From an uncultured Alphaproteobacteria bacterium (GTDB lineage Bacteria; Pseudomonadota; Alphaproteobacteria; RF32; CAG-239): DNA of 64,000 nt. The position numbers and the translations under genes are program-made. Below, one piece after another: positions 28,640 to 38,148 of the stretch (the stretch's first letter is position 1; every line of letters starts with the position of its first letter). The stretch spans positions 5,038 through 69,037 of the forward strand of contig CANRJO010000002.1 in NCBI GenBank assembly GCA_947630965.1, given 5' to 3'. Below the pieces are notes generated by a model that saw only the letters and a program-made list of their open reading frames with translations, was not told the DNA's origin and did no database searches.

Positions 28640-28675
28640 AAAAAAAACGGCTCTTGCGAGCCGTTTTTTGATTTT
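28640..28675. terminator. Bidirectional hairpin terminator at the 3' end of rpoA
   Basis: aaaaaaaacggctcttgcgagccgttttttgatttttt: a GC stem flanked by A-run and T-run on both sides. Confidence 0.65.
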
Positions 28676-29686
28676 TTAGAAGTGATCATCACACTTTTTG
28701 ATCAATTCTTCAATGTTCTCAGGCGGCCAACCCGGCGTATCCATACCAAGATGAATGCCCATCTTTGCCAAAACTTCCTTGATTTCGTTCAAGGACTTGC
28801 GCCCAAAGTTCGGGGTGCGCAACATTTCGGCTTCGGTCTTTTGAACCAAATCGCCAATATAAACGATATTGTCGTTCTTGAGGCAGTTTGCTGAACGCAC
28901 GGAAAGCTCCAATTCTTCCACTTTCTTTAACAGATTGCGGTTGAAAGGCAACTCTTCCTTAATGTCTTCCGCCTCAGCCTCAGGCTCATCAAAGTTAATA
29001 AACGGTTTGAGCTGGTCTTGCAAAATACGCGCCGCAAAAGCAACCGCATCTTCAGGCGTGACCACGCCATTTGTTTCAACAACCATGGTGAGCTTGTCAT
29101 AGTCCGTGATTTGACCGACACGCGTATTTTCCACCTTATAAGAAACCTTTTTAACAGGCGAATAAATGGCATCAACGGCAATCAAGCCAATCGGGGCATC
29201 CAAAGGCTTGTTTTGCGAAGCCGGAACATAACCCTTGCCGGTATCCACCGTTAATTCCATATTGATTTTGCCGCCGGCATCTAAGTTGCAGATGACATGA
29301 TCAGGGTTCATAATTTCCACATCATGACCTGTTTCAATCATGGCCGCTGTAACCGTGCAGGGACCTTCTGCCTTCAAGGTCATCATTTTTTGCCCCTCGC
29401 TATGAACAGCCACAGCCAAACCTTTGATGTTTAAGACAATATCCGTCACATCTTCACGAACGCCCGGAATGACCGAAAATTCGTGCAAAACGCCGTCAAT
29501 TTTGATGGCTGTGACAGCACCGCCTTGTAAAGACGACAAAAGAACGCGTCTTAAAGCATTACCTAAAGTTAAGCCGAAACCGCGTTCCAGGGGCTCTACC
29601 ACTATTTTAGACTTATGTCCGCCTTCGCCGGATGTAACTTCTAAATTAGTCGGTTTAATAAGTTCTTGCCAATTCTTTTGAATCAC
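28676..29686 (-). CDS. rpoA: DNA-directed RNA polymerase subunit alpha
   Basis: 336 aa. Conserved N-terminal domain (…[21 protein letters not shown]…) and alpha-CTD (…[22 protein letters not shown]…). Confidence 0.95.
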   Translation of the reverse strand: MIQKNWQELIKPTNLEVTSGEGGHKSKIVVEPLERGFGLTLGNALRRVLLSSLQGGAVTAIKIDGVLHEFSVIPGVREDVTDIVLNIKGLAVAVHSEGQKMMTLKAEGPCTVTAAMIETGHDVEIMNPDHVICNLDAGGKINMELTVDTGKGYVPASQNKPLDAPIGLIAVDAIYSPVKKVSYKVENTRVGQITDYDKLTMVVETNGVVTPEDAVAFAARILQDQLKPFINFDEPEAEAEDIKEELPFNRNLLKKVEELELSVRSANCLKNDNIVYIGDLVQKTEAEMLRTPNFGRKSLNEIKEVLAKMGIHLGMDTPGWPPENIEELIKKCDDHF

Positions 29687-29776
29687 CGGTATACCCTCTT
29701 TCTAATTTTGTGCACAATTTGAAATCGTTAAACAGCGGAGATTGTAAAGCCAACCTCCGCTGACCAAAAAATAATT

Positions 29777-30172
29777 TTAGACGCGGCGGCGCTTTCTTAA
29801 GCGACAGCCGTTATGCGGAATAGGTGTAACATCCTTAATAGATGTAATTGTAAACCCAACCACCTGCAAAGCTCTGATTGCCGACTCGCGCCCTGAACCC
29901 GGTCCTTTAACTTCAACTTCCAAAGTTTTCATACCGTTTTCCTGCGCTTTTTTACCGGCTTCCTCTGCGGCAACCTGCGCGGCATAAGGGGTGGACTTAC
30001 GAGAGCCCTTGAAGCCCTGTGCGCCTGCGGTTGACCATGCAACAGTATTGCCCTGTGCATCAGTAATGGTTACGCGGGTGTTGTTAAATGTTGAATTCAC
30101 GTGGGCAACGCCGGAAGTGATATTCTTTTTTTCTTTTTTCTTAACACGTTGTGTTGTAACTGCTTTTGCCAT
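29777..30172 (-). CDS. rpsK: 30S ribosomal protein S11
   Basis: 131 aa with a typical uS11 sequence (…[18 protein letters not shown]…[15 protein letters not shown]…). Confidence 0.95.
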   Translation of the reverse strand: MAKAVTTQRVKKKEKKNITSGVAHVNSTFNNTRVTITDAQGNTVAWSTAGAQGFKGSRKSTPYAAQVAAEEAGKKAQENGMKTLEVEVKGPGSGRESAIRALQVVGFTITSIKDVTPIPHNGCRLRKRRRV

Positions 30173-30184
30173 TGCTACCTCACC

Positions 30185-30553
30185 TTACTTCTTCTTATTG
30201 GCGACGGTTTTGCGTTTGCCTTTACGGGTACGCGCATTTTGTTTGGTGCTTTGACCGCGAACAGGCAAGCCCTTACGGTGACGCAAGCCGCGATAGCACC
30301 CCAAATCCATCAATCGTTTAATGTTAACGCCAACTTCACGGCGAAGTTCGCCTTCAACTAAATAGTCCTTATCAATAACCTCACGGATTTTGGCGACATC
30401 TTCTTCGCTTAAATCCTGCACGCGCGAATCGGCATTAACGCCAGATTTTGCGCAAATGTCTTGAGCAGTTTTTCTCCCAATGCCAAAGATGTAGGTCAGC
30501 GCGATCTCAATCTTCTTTGCGGTGGGAATGTTTACGCCAGCTATACGAGCCAA
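30185..30553 (-). CDS. rpsM: 30S ribosomal protein S13
   Basis: [26 protein letters not shown]… is the canonical uS13 N-terminus. 122 aa. Confidence 0.95.
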   Translation of the reverse strand: MARIAGVNIPTAKKIEIALTYIFGIGRKTAQDICAKSGVNADSRVQDLSEEDVAKIREVIDKDYLVEGELRREVGVNIKRLMDLGCYRGLRHRKGLPVRGQSTKQNARTRKGKRKTVANKKK

Positions 30554-30693
30554 ATTGTCTCTCCATCAACAAAAAATTAAAACATTTTATTTAAAAAATT
30601 GATCACCATTTTTCAAAATTAAGCGGATTATATCCAAAAAAAAATAAGAGTCAAGCAAGATTTAACAAAAAATTTATTTTTTTTCAAAAAAGC

Positions 30694-31374
30694 TTACTTT
30701 GCTTCGCTCAATCCAAGGATTCGCGCTATTTTTTGCGCCGTGGCCTCAATGGTGCCTGTGCCGTCCACGCAACTTAAAAGCCCCTCTTTCTCAAAATAAG
30801 GGATTGTCGGATATGTGAGCATGCGATAATTGACCAACCTGTTTTGCACAGTGGCGCGATTATCGTCTTGTCGGCGGGAAAAGCTTGTGCCACCGCAAAC
30901 ATCGCACACGCCGTAAACCTTGGGCTTTAAGAACTTGTCATGATAGCCCTGCCCGCATTGCATGCAGGAATAGCGCCCTAAAATGCGCTCCATGATGATT
31001 TCATCGGGTACCTGAATTTCAATGACGCGATTAAGCTTGATTTTCTTTTCCGCCAACATTTTTTCCAAAACTTCCGCCTGAAAAAGTGTGCGCGGAAAGC
31101 CGTCTAAAATAAAGCCATTGGCGCAATCCTGCGCGTCAATGCGGTTTGAAACCATTTCAATGATCATTTCATCGGTGGCAAACTCGCCCCGATCAAGCGC
31201 GGCTTTCAAGCTTTTACCTAACGGCGTGTCTTTTTGGGCTTCGGCACGCAACATCTCGCCGGTGGAAAGGTGGCAAATGTGCGCACGTTCTTTTAAGATG
31301 CGCGCCTGCGTGCCTTTACCGCACCCTGGTGCACCCGTTAAAACAATATGAAGCCCGGCGCCCTTTTGATCCAT
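30694..31374 (-). CDS. adk: Adenylate kinase with a Cys4 zinc-binding LID
   Basis: P-loop GAPGCGKGTQA. LID with CMQCG…CDVCGG. It sits between secY and rpsM, as in alphaproteobacteria. Confidence 0.9.
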   Translation of the reverse strand: MDQKGAGLHIVLTGAPGCGKGTQARILKERAHICHLSTGEMLRAEAQKDTPLGKSLKAALDRGEFATDEMIIEMVSNRIDAQDCANGFILDGFPRTLFQAEVLEKMLAEKKIKLNRVIEIQVPDEIIMERILGRYSCMQCGQGYHDKFLKPKVYGVCDVCGGTSFSRRQDDNRATVQNRLVNYRMLTYPTIPYFEKEGLLSCVDGTGTIEATAQKIARILGLSEAK

Positions 31375-32753
31375 TACTTTCTTCTCTTGTTTTGCAGAAG
31401 TTGCGCCTTTTTAATAAGCCCTTCGTACTGATACGCAATCAGGTGCGATTGAACCTGCGTCACAAAATCCATGGTGACCTGCACCACGATCAAAAGCGTT
31501 GTACCACCTAAAACAAACGGTACAGAGAGTTTGGAAATCAGGACTTCAGGCACAATGCACAAAACCGTTAAATACGCCGCGCCCAAAACGGTTAAGCGCG
31601 TGATAACGTAATCAAGGTATTCCGCGGTGTTTTTGCCGGGACGAATGCCCGCGATGAAGCCGCCGTGCTTTTTCAAGTTATCCGCCGTTTCCTCGGGGTT
31701 AAATACCACAGCGGTGTAGAAAAACGAGAAAAACACAATCAAAAAGGCGTAAAGCGCCAAATAAACCGGTTGGCCGTGACCGAGCCATTGGCTCAGGCTT
31801 TGCGCCCAAGACGGACCGTTTTGCGCCGAGAGGTTGGCAACTGTTATTGGCAAAAGCAACAACGAGCTTGCAAAAATCGGCGGAATAACGCCTGTGGGGT
31901 TAATTTTGAGCGGCAAGTGCGATGTTTCCGCCGCGCTGATGCGCATGCCCATTTGACGTTTGGGATATTGGATGATGATTTTGCGTTGCGCGCGCTCCAC
32001 AAACACAATCACATAAATGAGCGCTAAAGCCATGACCAAAAGCAAAGCAATGGTTAATAACGACATGGAGCCGACACGCCCTAATTCAAACGTGCGCGCC
32101 AAGGCTGTCGGGATGTTGGCGATAATGCCGACCGTGATGATAAGCGACGAGCCGTTGCCCACACCGCGCGAGGTGATTTGATCGCCCAGCCAAACCACAA
32201 ACATGGTGCCACCGACCAGCGAAACAATGGTTGTAAACTTAAACACAAAGCTCGGGATAACCACCGCCGAAGCGCCGGCGCCGCTTGTCATGCTTTCAAG
32301 ACCAACGGCAATGCCGTAGCCTTGAATAATGGTGATGAACACTGTTAAAATTTTGGTATAATGCGTGACCTTGCGATGCCCCGCCTCGCCTTCTTTCTTC
32401 AAAGCTTGCAAGGACGGGATAATCGATTGCCCGAGTTGGATGATGATGGAGGCGGAAATGTAAGGGAAGATGTTTAAGGCAAAAATGGTCATACGTTCCA
32501 AAGCACCACCGGAAAACATATTAAACATGCCCAAAATGCCGCCGTTGTGCTGTGAAAAAACCTCAGAGAGGATGTTCGGATCAATGCCCGGCAACGGAAT
32601 AAACGTGCCAAGGCGAAACACAACCAACGCCATGATGGTAAACCATAATCTTTTTTTCAGTTCGTCAGCTTTGCTAAAGGCGGACATATCCAAGTTTGCC
32701 GCCATTTTTTCTGCCAATGATGCCATTTTCTTTTCCTTTAAAATTACACACAT
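31374..32753 (-). CDS. secY: Protein translocase subunit SecY
   Basis: 10-TM protein with conserved SecY motifs (…GIMPYISASIIIQL…, …GGTSLLI…). The true start is probably a downstream Met (MASLAEK…). Confidence 0.95.
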   Translation of the reverse strand: MCVILKEKKMASLAEKMAANLDMSAFSKADELKKRLWFTIMALVVFRLGTFIPLPGIDPNILSEVFSQHNGGILGMFNMFSGGALERMTIFALNIFPYISASIIIQLGQSIIPSLQALKKEGEAGHRKVTHYTKILTVFITIIQGYGIAVGLESMTSGAGASAVVIPSFVFKFTTIVSLVGGTMFVVWLGDQITSRGVGNGSSLIITVGIIANIPTALARTFELGRVGSMSLLTIALLLVMALALIYVIVFVERAQRKIIIQYPKRQMGMRISAAETSHLPLKINPTGVIPPIFASSLLLLPITVANLSAQNGPSWAQSLSQWLGHGQPVYLALYAFLIVFFSFFYTAVVFNPEETADNLKKHGGFIAGIRPGKNTAEYLDYVITRLTVLGAAYLTVLCIVPEVLISKLSVPFVLGGTTLLIVVQVTMDFVTQVQSHLIAYQYEGLIKKAQLLQNKRRK

Positions 32754-32848
32754 AAACAGGGCGCTTACAGCCCTTTTGGCATAGTTAATACACCATTTAA
32801 AACAAATTGCAACAAAATAATGCGTTTTGTACAGAAAGAGGCGGAATC

Positions 32849-34054
32849 TTACTTGCTCGTCCAGTTTGGTGAGGAAGGAATATCCGTCAACGTTGTTGTC
32901 GCAGATGCTGTCGGGTGGTATGAAACACCTTTATAAACCAATGTGTCCGTCAAGTTAGAGGCGGTGATTTCTATAGTTTCCGGCCAAAGATCCGAACCAC
33001 CCTCTAACTCCAGAAAAACGGGTTTTTGCGGGGTGCCTGACAATACCAAATTATACTTATATTGCTTTTCATTTGTCATGCGCTCCGTAATATTGAAAGT
33101 AACCCGGCTTCCTTCCTCAATAACATATTCTCCCTTATGATCATAAGCAAAAAGTTTTTCTGCCGTTATGTTCGCCGTTGTTCCCTTAAATCTGAAAGGA
33201 GCTCCGTTAGAAAAAGTGTTTGCTTTCGTAATATTTATTTGCGCATTCTCAAAAGTTAACTCTGAGCCATGAAAAACACTTCCGTTAGGATTTGTGAAAG
33301 AGGCTGTCAAATCGGTGCCCGCAAATTGAACTTTTGAGGATGTGAAAACATTACAATGTATAGAGTTAATATCAAGGTCAATTTTATCTTTTAAAACATA
33401 AGTTGCCTTATTGAACGCCACATTTATTTGATTTTCTGTCACCTTAGAATCATAAATTAAAGAAACATTTTCTAAAGAAATCTCGTTTTCTGTATTAGAA
33501 CTGTTAAGGTAAACATTGTTATTGTGAGTTATGCTGTCTTGATGATGCAGATTAATGTTTTTGAAAGCGGTGTTGTTTTCTGCCGTAATGACTGTTTTAT
33601 TTGCTTGATTCGCGGAAGTTGATAACGTATGTCCGCCACCGTCAATCGTAGTGTTGGCGGCAAGCGTAAAGCCTTGGTTTGTTGGAATTGTGATGTCGCT
33701 TTTCATCGTGATGAGCTTGCATTTTCCTGAACCGGCGAGGTATTTAAGTTCGTCGTAGTTGGTCGCGATACAAGCTTTTTGACAAAGTGTTAAATTTTCA
33801 TTGCCCCTACATTTAATGATGTCAGCGCACCACGATGTTTTGTCCGATTCTGTAAAGCCAAGCTTGGTGCAATCGTAATTGACGCATCTTTTATAGGACT
33901 TATCAAAAGGGCAATACATATACCCGTTATCCGCACAGTTCGGGTCATTATCTTTGGAATAACCCAAGCTCGCGCAATCTGGCACTTTCTCACAATCCAT
34001 GGCATTTGCCACATTCGCAAACATCAAAGCCAACAAAAACAAAATATAGCGCAT
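32849..34054 (-). CDS. Secreted cysteine-rich protein with an N-terminal Cys module and a beta-helix-like Asn/Thr-rich C-terminal region (paralog of 62623-63846)
   Basis: Start reassigned to MRYILFLLALMFANVANA (signal peptide). An 8-Cys module DCEKVPDCASLGYS…NCADNGYMYCPFD…C..YDC. Then TIDGGGHTL and N-rich repeats. Confidence 0.5.
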   Translation of the reverse strand: MRYILFLLALMFANVANAMDCEKVPDCASLGYSKDNDPNCADNGYMYCPFDKSYKRCVNYDCTKLGFTESDKTSWCADIIKCRGNENLTLCQKACIATNYDELKYLAGSGKCKLITMKSDITIPTNQGFTLAANTTIDGGGHTLSTSANQANKTVITAENNTAFKNINLHHQDSITHNNNVYLNSSNTENEISLENVSLIYDSKVTENQINVAFNKATYVLKDKIDLDINSIHCNVFTSSKVQFAGTDLTASFTNPNGSVFHGSELTFENAQINITKANTFSNGAPFRFKGTTANITAEKLFAYDHKGEYVIEEGSRVTFNITERMTNEKQYKYNLVLSGTPQKPVFLELEGGSDLWPETIEITASNLTDTLVYKGVSYHPTASATTTLTDIPSSPNWTSK

Positions 34055-34083
34055 TTTCTTCTCCTTATTCGAATCGATCAAAA

Positions 34084-34175
34084 AAAGGGTACCTTTAAAT
34101 GCAACGCGTTAACCAACGCAAAATTGCGGGTTTTAGAGCTTGACAAGCCCATTTTTTTAGGGTACCTTTTTTTGC
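34084..34175. promoter_or_regulatory. ~92-bp element bounded by GGTACC-centred palindromic boxes (AAAGGTACCTTTAAA) around an embedded TTGACAAG, upstream of the Cys-rich gene
   Basis: Near-identical full copies at 62364-62458 and 63906-64000. Isolated boxes at 34265-34283, 34348-34367 and 37640-37660. Confidence 0.5.
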
Positions 34176-34596
34176 TTTTAGCGATCTTTACAATCAAGGA
34201 AAAATTAAAATGTTTTGAAAACTCGATGTTCATTCGAGCTATTAACTTTTTGAAATATAACGAAAAAAGGTACCTTAAAAAAGTGCCTTTGTCAATAATA
34301 AAAAATCAAGTAAATTCAATGTTTCGTGGTTTTTAAAAGTATAGCAATTTTAAGGTACCCTTTTTTTGATATATTCGAATCGAGAGGGGGAAATTTTTTT
34401 CTAAACAAGGAAAATGGACTATTTTGGGCTTTAAGCAACGCAAATTCGGGAATATGCCGTATTTTGCACCCCCTCAATGCTAAAAGCCCAAAGCCTCTTT
34501 TAAAAAAAGACGTTTGTCTTTGGAGTAAAGATTTTAAAAAATCGCTCAGAAATTAGACAAATGGTCGTTTTTTAAGAGGTTAAAGGAAGGGTAAGG

Positions 34597-37317
34597 ATGC
34601 GTAAAGTAGCGGCAATTATTTTTTTGGGCCTCATCAGCTTAAGCACTTCTGTGTATGGCGCATGTTTTAACGAGTGCAAAGCCGTGCCGGAATGTGCCAA
34701 AATGGGGTATAAATTACAAGGGGATATTTTCTGCCCTGATGGTTACATTACGTGTCCGTTCGATTCCCAATATATTTGGTGTAAAGAATATACCTGTAAA
34801 GATGGACGTTATAGTGATACGGAAGAGCTAACGGGCGAGAAAGGTTACGTTTGCGATGAGGTAGATTATCATCATCGGAAGTGTTATCATTGCCATTGTG
34901 ATCCTGACCCCGAAGAGTGTCAATGGAGTAATCTCAACAAAGGCGTTGGCGAGTTAGGCGATAGATGTTGTGACGGGCACTATGCCAGTTGTAGAAATTT
35001 ATGCCAAGACAAGGTCAGCGTGCCGGCTCACGCGCATGGTAATAAAGAGTCTTGCACGGGGTGCAATATTACAAAAGATATTATCACAAGTTGGTCATGT
35101 GATGACTGGTATGATCAAATGGGCGAAGCCTGTTATGCCCGCCAATGCCCCGATGGTTATACCATAACAGATGCTCGTATTGAGGATTGTGGACGCACAA
35201 AAGATCAAGGTTGGACATGGGAGAGCAAAGGTCAAAGCGGCGAGCAGATTTGCGGCAAATGCACCGCAAAGAGTTGTTCAGGCGATTACAGCACAGATTA
35301 CCCAGGCGTGGATAGTTGTGGCGATAGCGGCTCCAAGGGGTGGACTTGGAACCAAAGCGGTTGGAGTGGCGATGACGCCTGCGGCAAATGTACGGCAAAA
35401 GAGTGTTTACCAGGTTTTAGCACACAATATTCAAGTATAGCGAGTTGTGGCACAAGTGGCAACAAGGGTTGGACATGGGAGCAATCAGATCAATATGCGG
35501 GTAATGACATTTGCGGGAAATGCACCAAGAAAGAATGTGAAGAAGGTGACACTGACCCCGATATCAAGAGTTGCAAGTTTGAAAGCGATTATTTAGGAAG
35601 CAAGACTGAAAACGGATATTATAGCGAAGATAAAAAGTGTTACACTTGCCATTGTGCGGCGAATGATACGAACTGTCATTGGAGTGAGGGAAACAAAGGT
35701 CAGGGCAGATTGGAAACAAAATGTTGCAATGGTAAATATGCTACCTGCACATCAAATTGCGTTAAAGTTGAAGTGCCGGATCATGGTCAATGTGCTGATC
35801 GTTGCACAGGCTGTGAAACGGAAGTTTGTTCAGCATATAGTTGCGATAAAGGTTATCAAAAGGATAATTCACAGACAAAATGCGAAGTGGCGCCTTGTGC
35901 CAATGGTACGGCAACGGAAGCGAGCAAATGCGGGAATGGAACCGGTGCTGCAAATGGTTGGGAAACGAGCACTGACACAGGTCATTTAAGTGGTGAGAAG
36001 AAGTGTTATCAATGTACCATGAAAGATTGTCCGACAGGTGAGAGCACCGATTATCAAGATGTCAGCAAGTGTGGCACAGGTGCTTCTAAGGGAGCCGGGT
36101 GGACGAATAAGGGCACAACAAATTATCATGGCGACACAAGATGTTACAGTTGCAGTAAGAAAGCATGCACGGGTGGTTACGATACAAAATATAAAGATGT
36201 CAACAGCTGCGGCAAAGCGGGCGACAGTGGTTGGGACTGGAGCACAAACGGTTGGAGCGGTGATGAAGTGTGTGGTAAATGCACGCCTAAAACATGCCCG
36301 AATGGATACAGCAGCGAAAAGAAGAGTATTGATGATTGCGGCACCACAAAAGATAAAGGTTGGACATTTGAAAAATCTTCCACCAATTCCGGAGAGAATG
36401 TTTGCGGTAAGTGTGATGCTCGCCAGTGCCCAACTGATGAGAACACAAATGCTTCAGCATCAGATTGTGGCACAAGCGGTGAAAACGGTTGGACAAAGAA
36501 AACAACGGGGCATTTTGCGGGAGATAATGCTTGCTATAAGTGCGAGAAAAAGGTATGTGAAGGAGGTTCTAGCACCAAGTACCAAAGCATAAGTGACTGC
36601 TCGGCGGGGTGTGCAACTTACCACTCTGAGGGTTATTCAGGTGATCAAAAGTGTGGCGTTTGCTATTATACCGTTGATGAGCAGGTTCCTGAGAATGCAA
36701 CATGTACGTACACAACCAAATGCGAGAGAGGCACAGCCTGTACGAAATGGGATTGTAACGAGGGCTATACAAAATCAGCAGATGGCAAGAAATGTGATGT
36801 TGCCAAATGTCCGGAGGGATACGACGTACAGAAACAATCAGGCCCTGATTGCGGTAATGAAAGTGGTTGGCGTGTGGAAACTCTGGGCAAGAGCGGCAAT
36901 AAAAATTGCGGTAAATGCATTTGTGAGTCTAGTTGCACCTGGGACAATAACAATAAAGGCGAAAAAGGATCCTTAACTAATAAATGTTGCAATGGTAAAT
37001 ATGCCAATTGCACCAATAACTGCCCGAATGTTCAGGTGCCTCCGAACGCTTATGGAACAAACCCTTGCACGGCTTGCAATCAAGCGGTCAGATACGGCGG
37101 TTGGGAATGTAATGAAGGTTTCTTGAAATTAGACGGCGCATGCGTTGAGCAATGCAAAGACCCGCAAGTGGACTATGAAACTTGTTGGAATGGAAGTTTC
37201 GCCTCAGGCGGCGGTTTGTCTGACTGCGATAAGCAAGGCTATAAACACTCCAAAGGGGATTGCACTAACTTTATTGCTTGTCCGACGAATGCTAATAAAA
37301 TCCGTTGCTTACATTAG
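34597..37317 (+). CDS. Large secreted cysteine-rich modular repeat protein (906 aa)
   Basis: Signal peptide MRKVAAIIFLGLISLSTSVYGA. An N-terminal Cys module related to the 32849 and 37758 genes. About ten ~40-aa repeats of the form DCG.SG.KGWTWE..G.SG…CGKCT.K.C. Three ~50-aa modules of the form C.C..…W…NKG.G.L…CCNGKYA.C..NC..V.VP. GGA RBS upstream. Confidence 0.55.
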   Translation: MRKVAAIIFLGLISLSTSVYGACFNECKAVPECAKMGYKLQGDIFCPDGYITCPFDSQYIWCKEYTCKDGRYSDTEELTGEKGYVCDEVDYHHRKCYHCHCDPDPEECQWSNLNKGVGELGDRCCDGHYASCRNLCQDKVSVPAHAHGNKESCTGCNITKDIITSWSCDDWYDQMGEACYARQCPDGYTITDARIEDCGRTKDQGWTWESKGQSGEQICGKCTAKSCSGDYSTDYPGVDSCGDSGSKGWTWNQSGWSGDDACGKCTAKECLPGFSTQYSSIASCGTSGNKGWTWEQSDQYAGNDICGKCTKKECEEGDTDPDIKSCKFESDYLGSKTENGYYSEDKKCYTCHCAANDTNCHWSEGNKGQGRLETKCCNGKYATCTSNCVKVEVPDHGQCADRCTGCETEVCSAYSCDKGYQKDNSQTKCEVAPCANGTATEASKCGNGTGAANGWETSTDTGHLSGEKKCYQCTMKDCPTGESTDYQDVSKCGTGASKGAGWTNKGTTNYHGDTRCYSCSKKACTGGYDTKYKDVNSCGKAGDSGWDWSTNGWSGDEVCGKCTPKTCPNGYSSEKKSIDDCGTTKDKGWTFEKSSTNSGENVCGKCDARQCPTDENTNASASDCGTSGENGWTKKTTGHFAGDNACYKCEKKVCEGGSSTKYQSISDCSAGCATYHSEGYSGDQKCGVCYYTVDEQVPENATCTYTTKCERGTACTKWDCNEGYTKSADGKKCDVAKCPEGYDVQKQSGPDCGNESGWRVETLGKSGNKNCGKCICESSCTWDNNNKGEKGSLTNKCCNGKYANCTNNCPNVQVPPNAYGTNPCTACNQAVRYGGWECNEGFLKLDGACVEQCKDPQVDYETCWNGSFASGGGLSDCDKQGYKHSKGDCTNFIACPTNANKIRCLH

Positions 37318-37339
37318 AGCGCAAGTGCAATATATTAAA

Positions 37340-37374
37340 GACCGCCCCGAAAGTTCGGGACGGTCTTTTTCTTG
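37340..37374 (+). terminator. Rho-independent terminator after the 906-aa gene
   Basis: gaccgccccgaaagttcgggacggtc hairpin followed by tttttcttg. Confidence 0.6.
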
Positions 37375-37757
37375 AAAATAACCTTAAGCGTTTACAATCA
37401 GGCACTTTTTACAATTAATAGCTTTCGCTACACCGGCAAACAATGAAACAACAAAAACAAAATATATTTCTTTCCATTCCTTGCGTCTGCCTGCTGATGT
37501 TATTCTGAGGCGAAACTGAAGAATCTAGGTGGAAAATATAGCTCATTTGTTGTCCTGGACTCTTTGCCTATGGCTCAGAGTGACGGTTTGGAGTGTGTTT
37601 TACTCCTTTCCCGATGTTCGAGGTTGGCGAATCGATCAAAAAAAGGGTACCTTTAAATTGCTATATCAGAGCAACAAAAAACGTCCATTTTGAAATGGAC
37701 GTTTTTGTTAAGAACGATATTTTTTTCTAGCTTCTTATTCTTGCGGTTGCTTTCCGA

Positions 37758-38090
37758 TTAAAGGCATTTATAAAAGCCACCGCAAGTGTCACGGCTAGCG
37801 CGGAGCCCTGCCTTCACACAATCCTCTTTAGAAAAGGCATAATCCTCCGAGCAGCAACTTTTATAATACCATCTGTGATAAGGGCAAGGGTTTGTTAACC
37901 GATAACCTGCCTGGCATTTTGTTAGAGTATAACCTTCTGCCCGGCATTTTTCTTCCGGTTGTTTTTGTGAGGAACCAGTGCTCGTGTTACCCGAGCTCTC
38001 GCCCGGCAAAAACATCACTCCGGCATGAGCCGAAAACGCAAATGAGCCTAAAAAGAGCAATGTTAAGATTGTTAATTTCGTTTTGACCAT
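37758..38090 (-). CDS. Small secreted cysteine-rich protein (110 aa) related to the N-terminal Cys module family
   Basis: Signal peptide MVKTKLTILTLLFLGSFAFSAHA. KCRAEGYTLTKCQAGYRLTNPCPYHRWYYKSCC… resembles the GY…C.DGY..CPFD module. Confidence 0.4.
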   Translation of the reverse strand: MVKTKLTILTLLFLGSFAFSAHAGVMFLPGESSGNTSTGSSQKQPEEKCRAEGYTLTKCQAGYRLTNPCPYHRWYYKSCCSEDYAFSKEDCVKAGLRASRDTCGGFYKCL

Positions 38091-38148
38091 CTCAAATATC
38101 CTTTCTCTTTAAATTATAAGCAAAAAATTTGAAAACTCAAGTGTTTTT

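Noticed and set aside
24580-28680. Island between aspS and rpoA as a prophage or integrative element
   Set aside because: No integrase, transposase, phage structural or conjugation genes are visible. The content is repeats, small regulators and repeat proteins, so it is better described as a repeat-mediated accessory region.
34100-34150. gttttagagct inside the GGTACC-box element resembles the start of type II-A CRISPR repeats
   Set aside because: Only an 11-mer match. The copies are not regularly spaced, have no unique spacers between them, and no cas genes are present. It is a dispersed palindromic element, not a CRISPR array.
35084-36976. Several 60-180-aa ORFs on both strands inside the 906-aa Cys-repeat gene
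   Set aside because: These are by-products of the repetitive, Cys/Gly-codon-rich sequence. The long + frame with a signal peptide and conserved repeats is the coherent gene.
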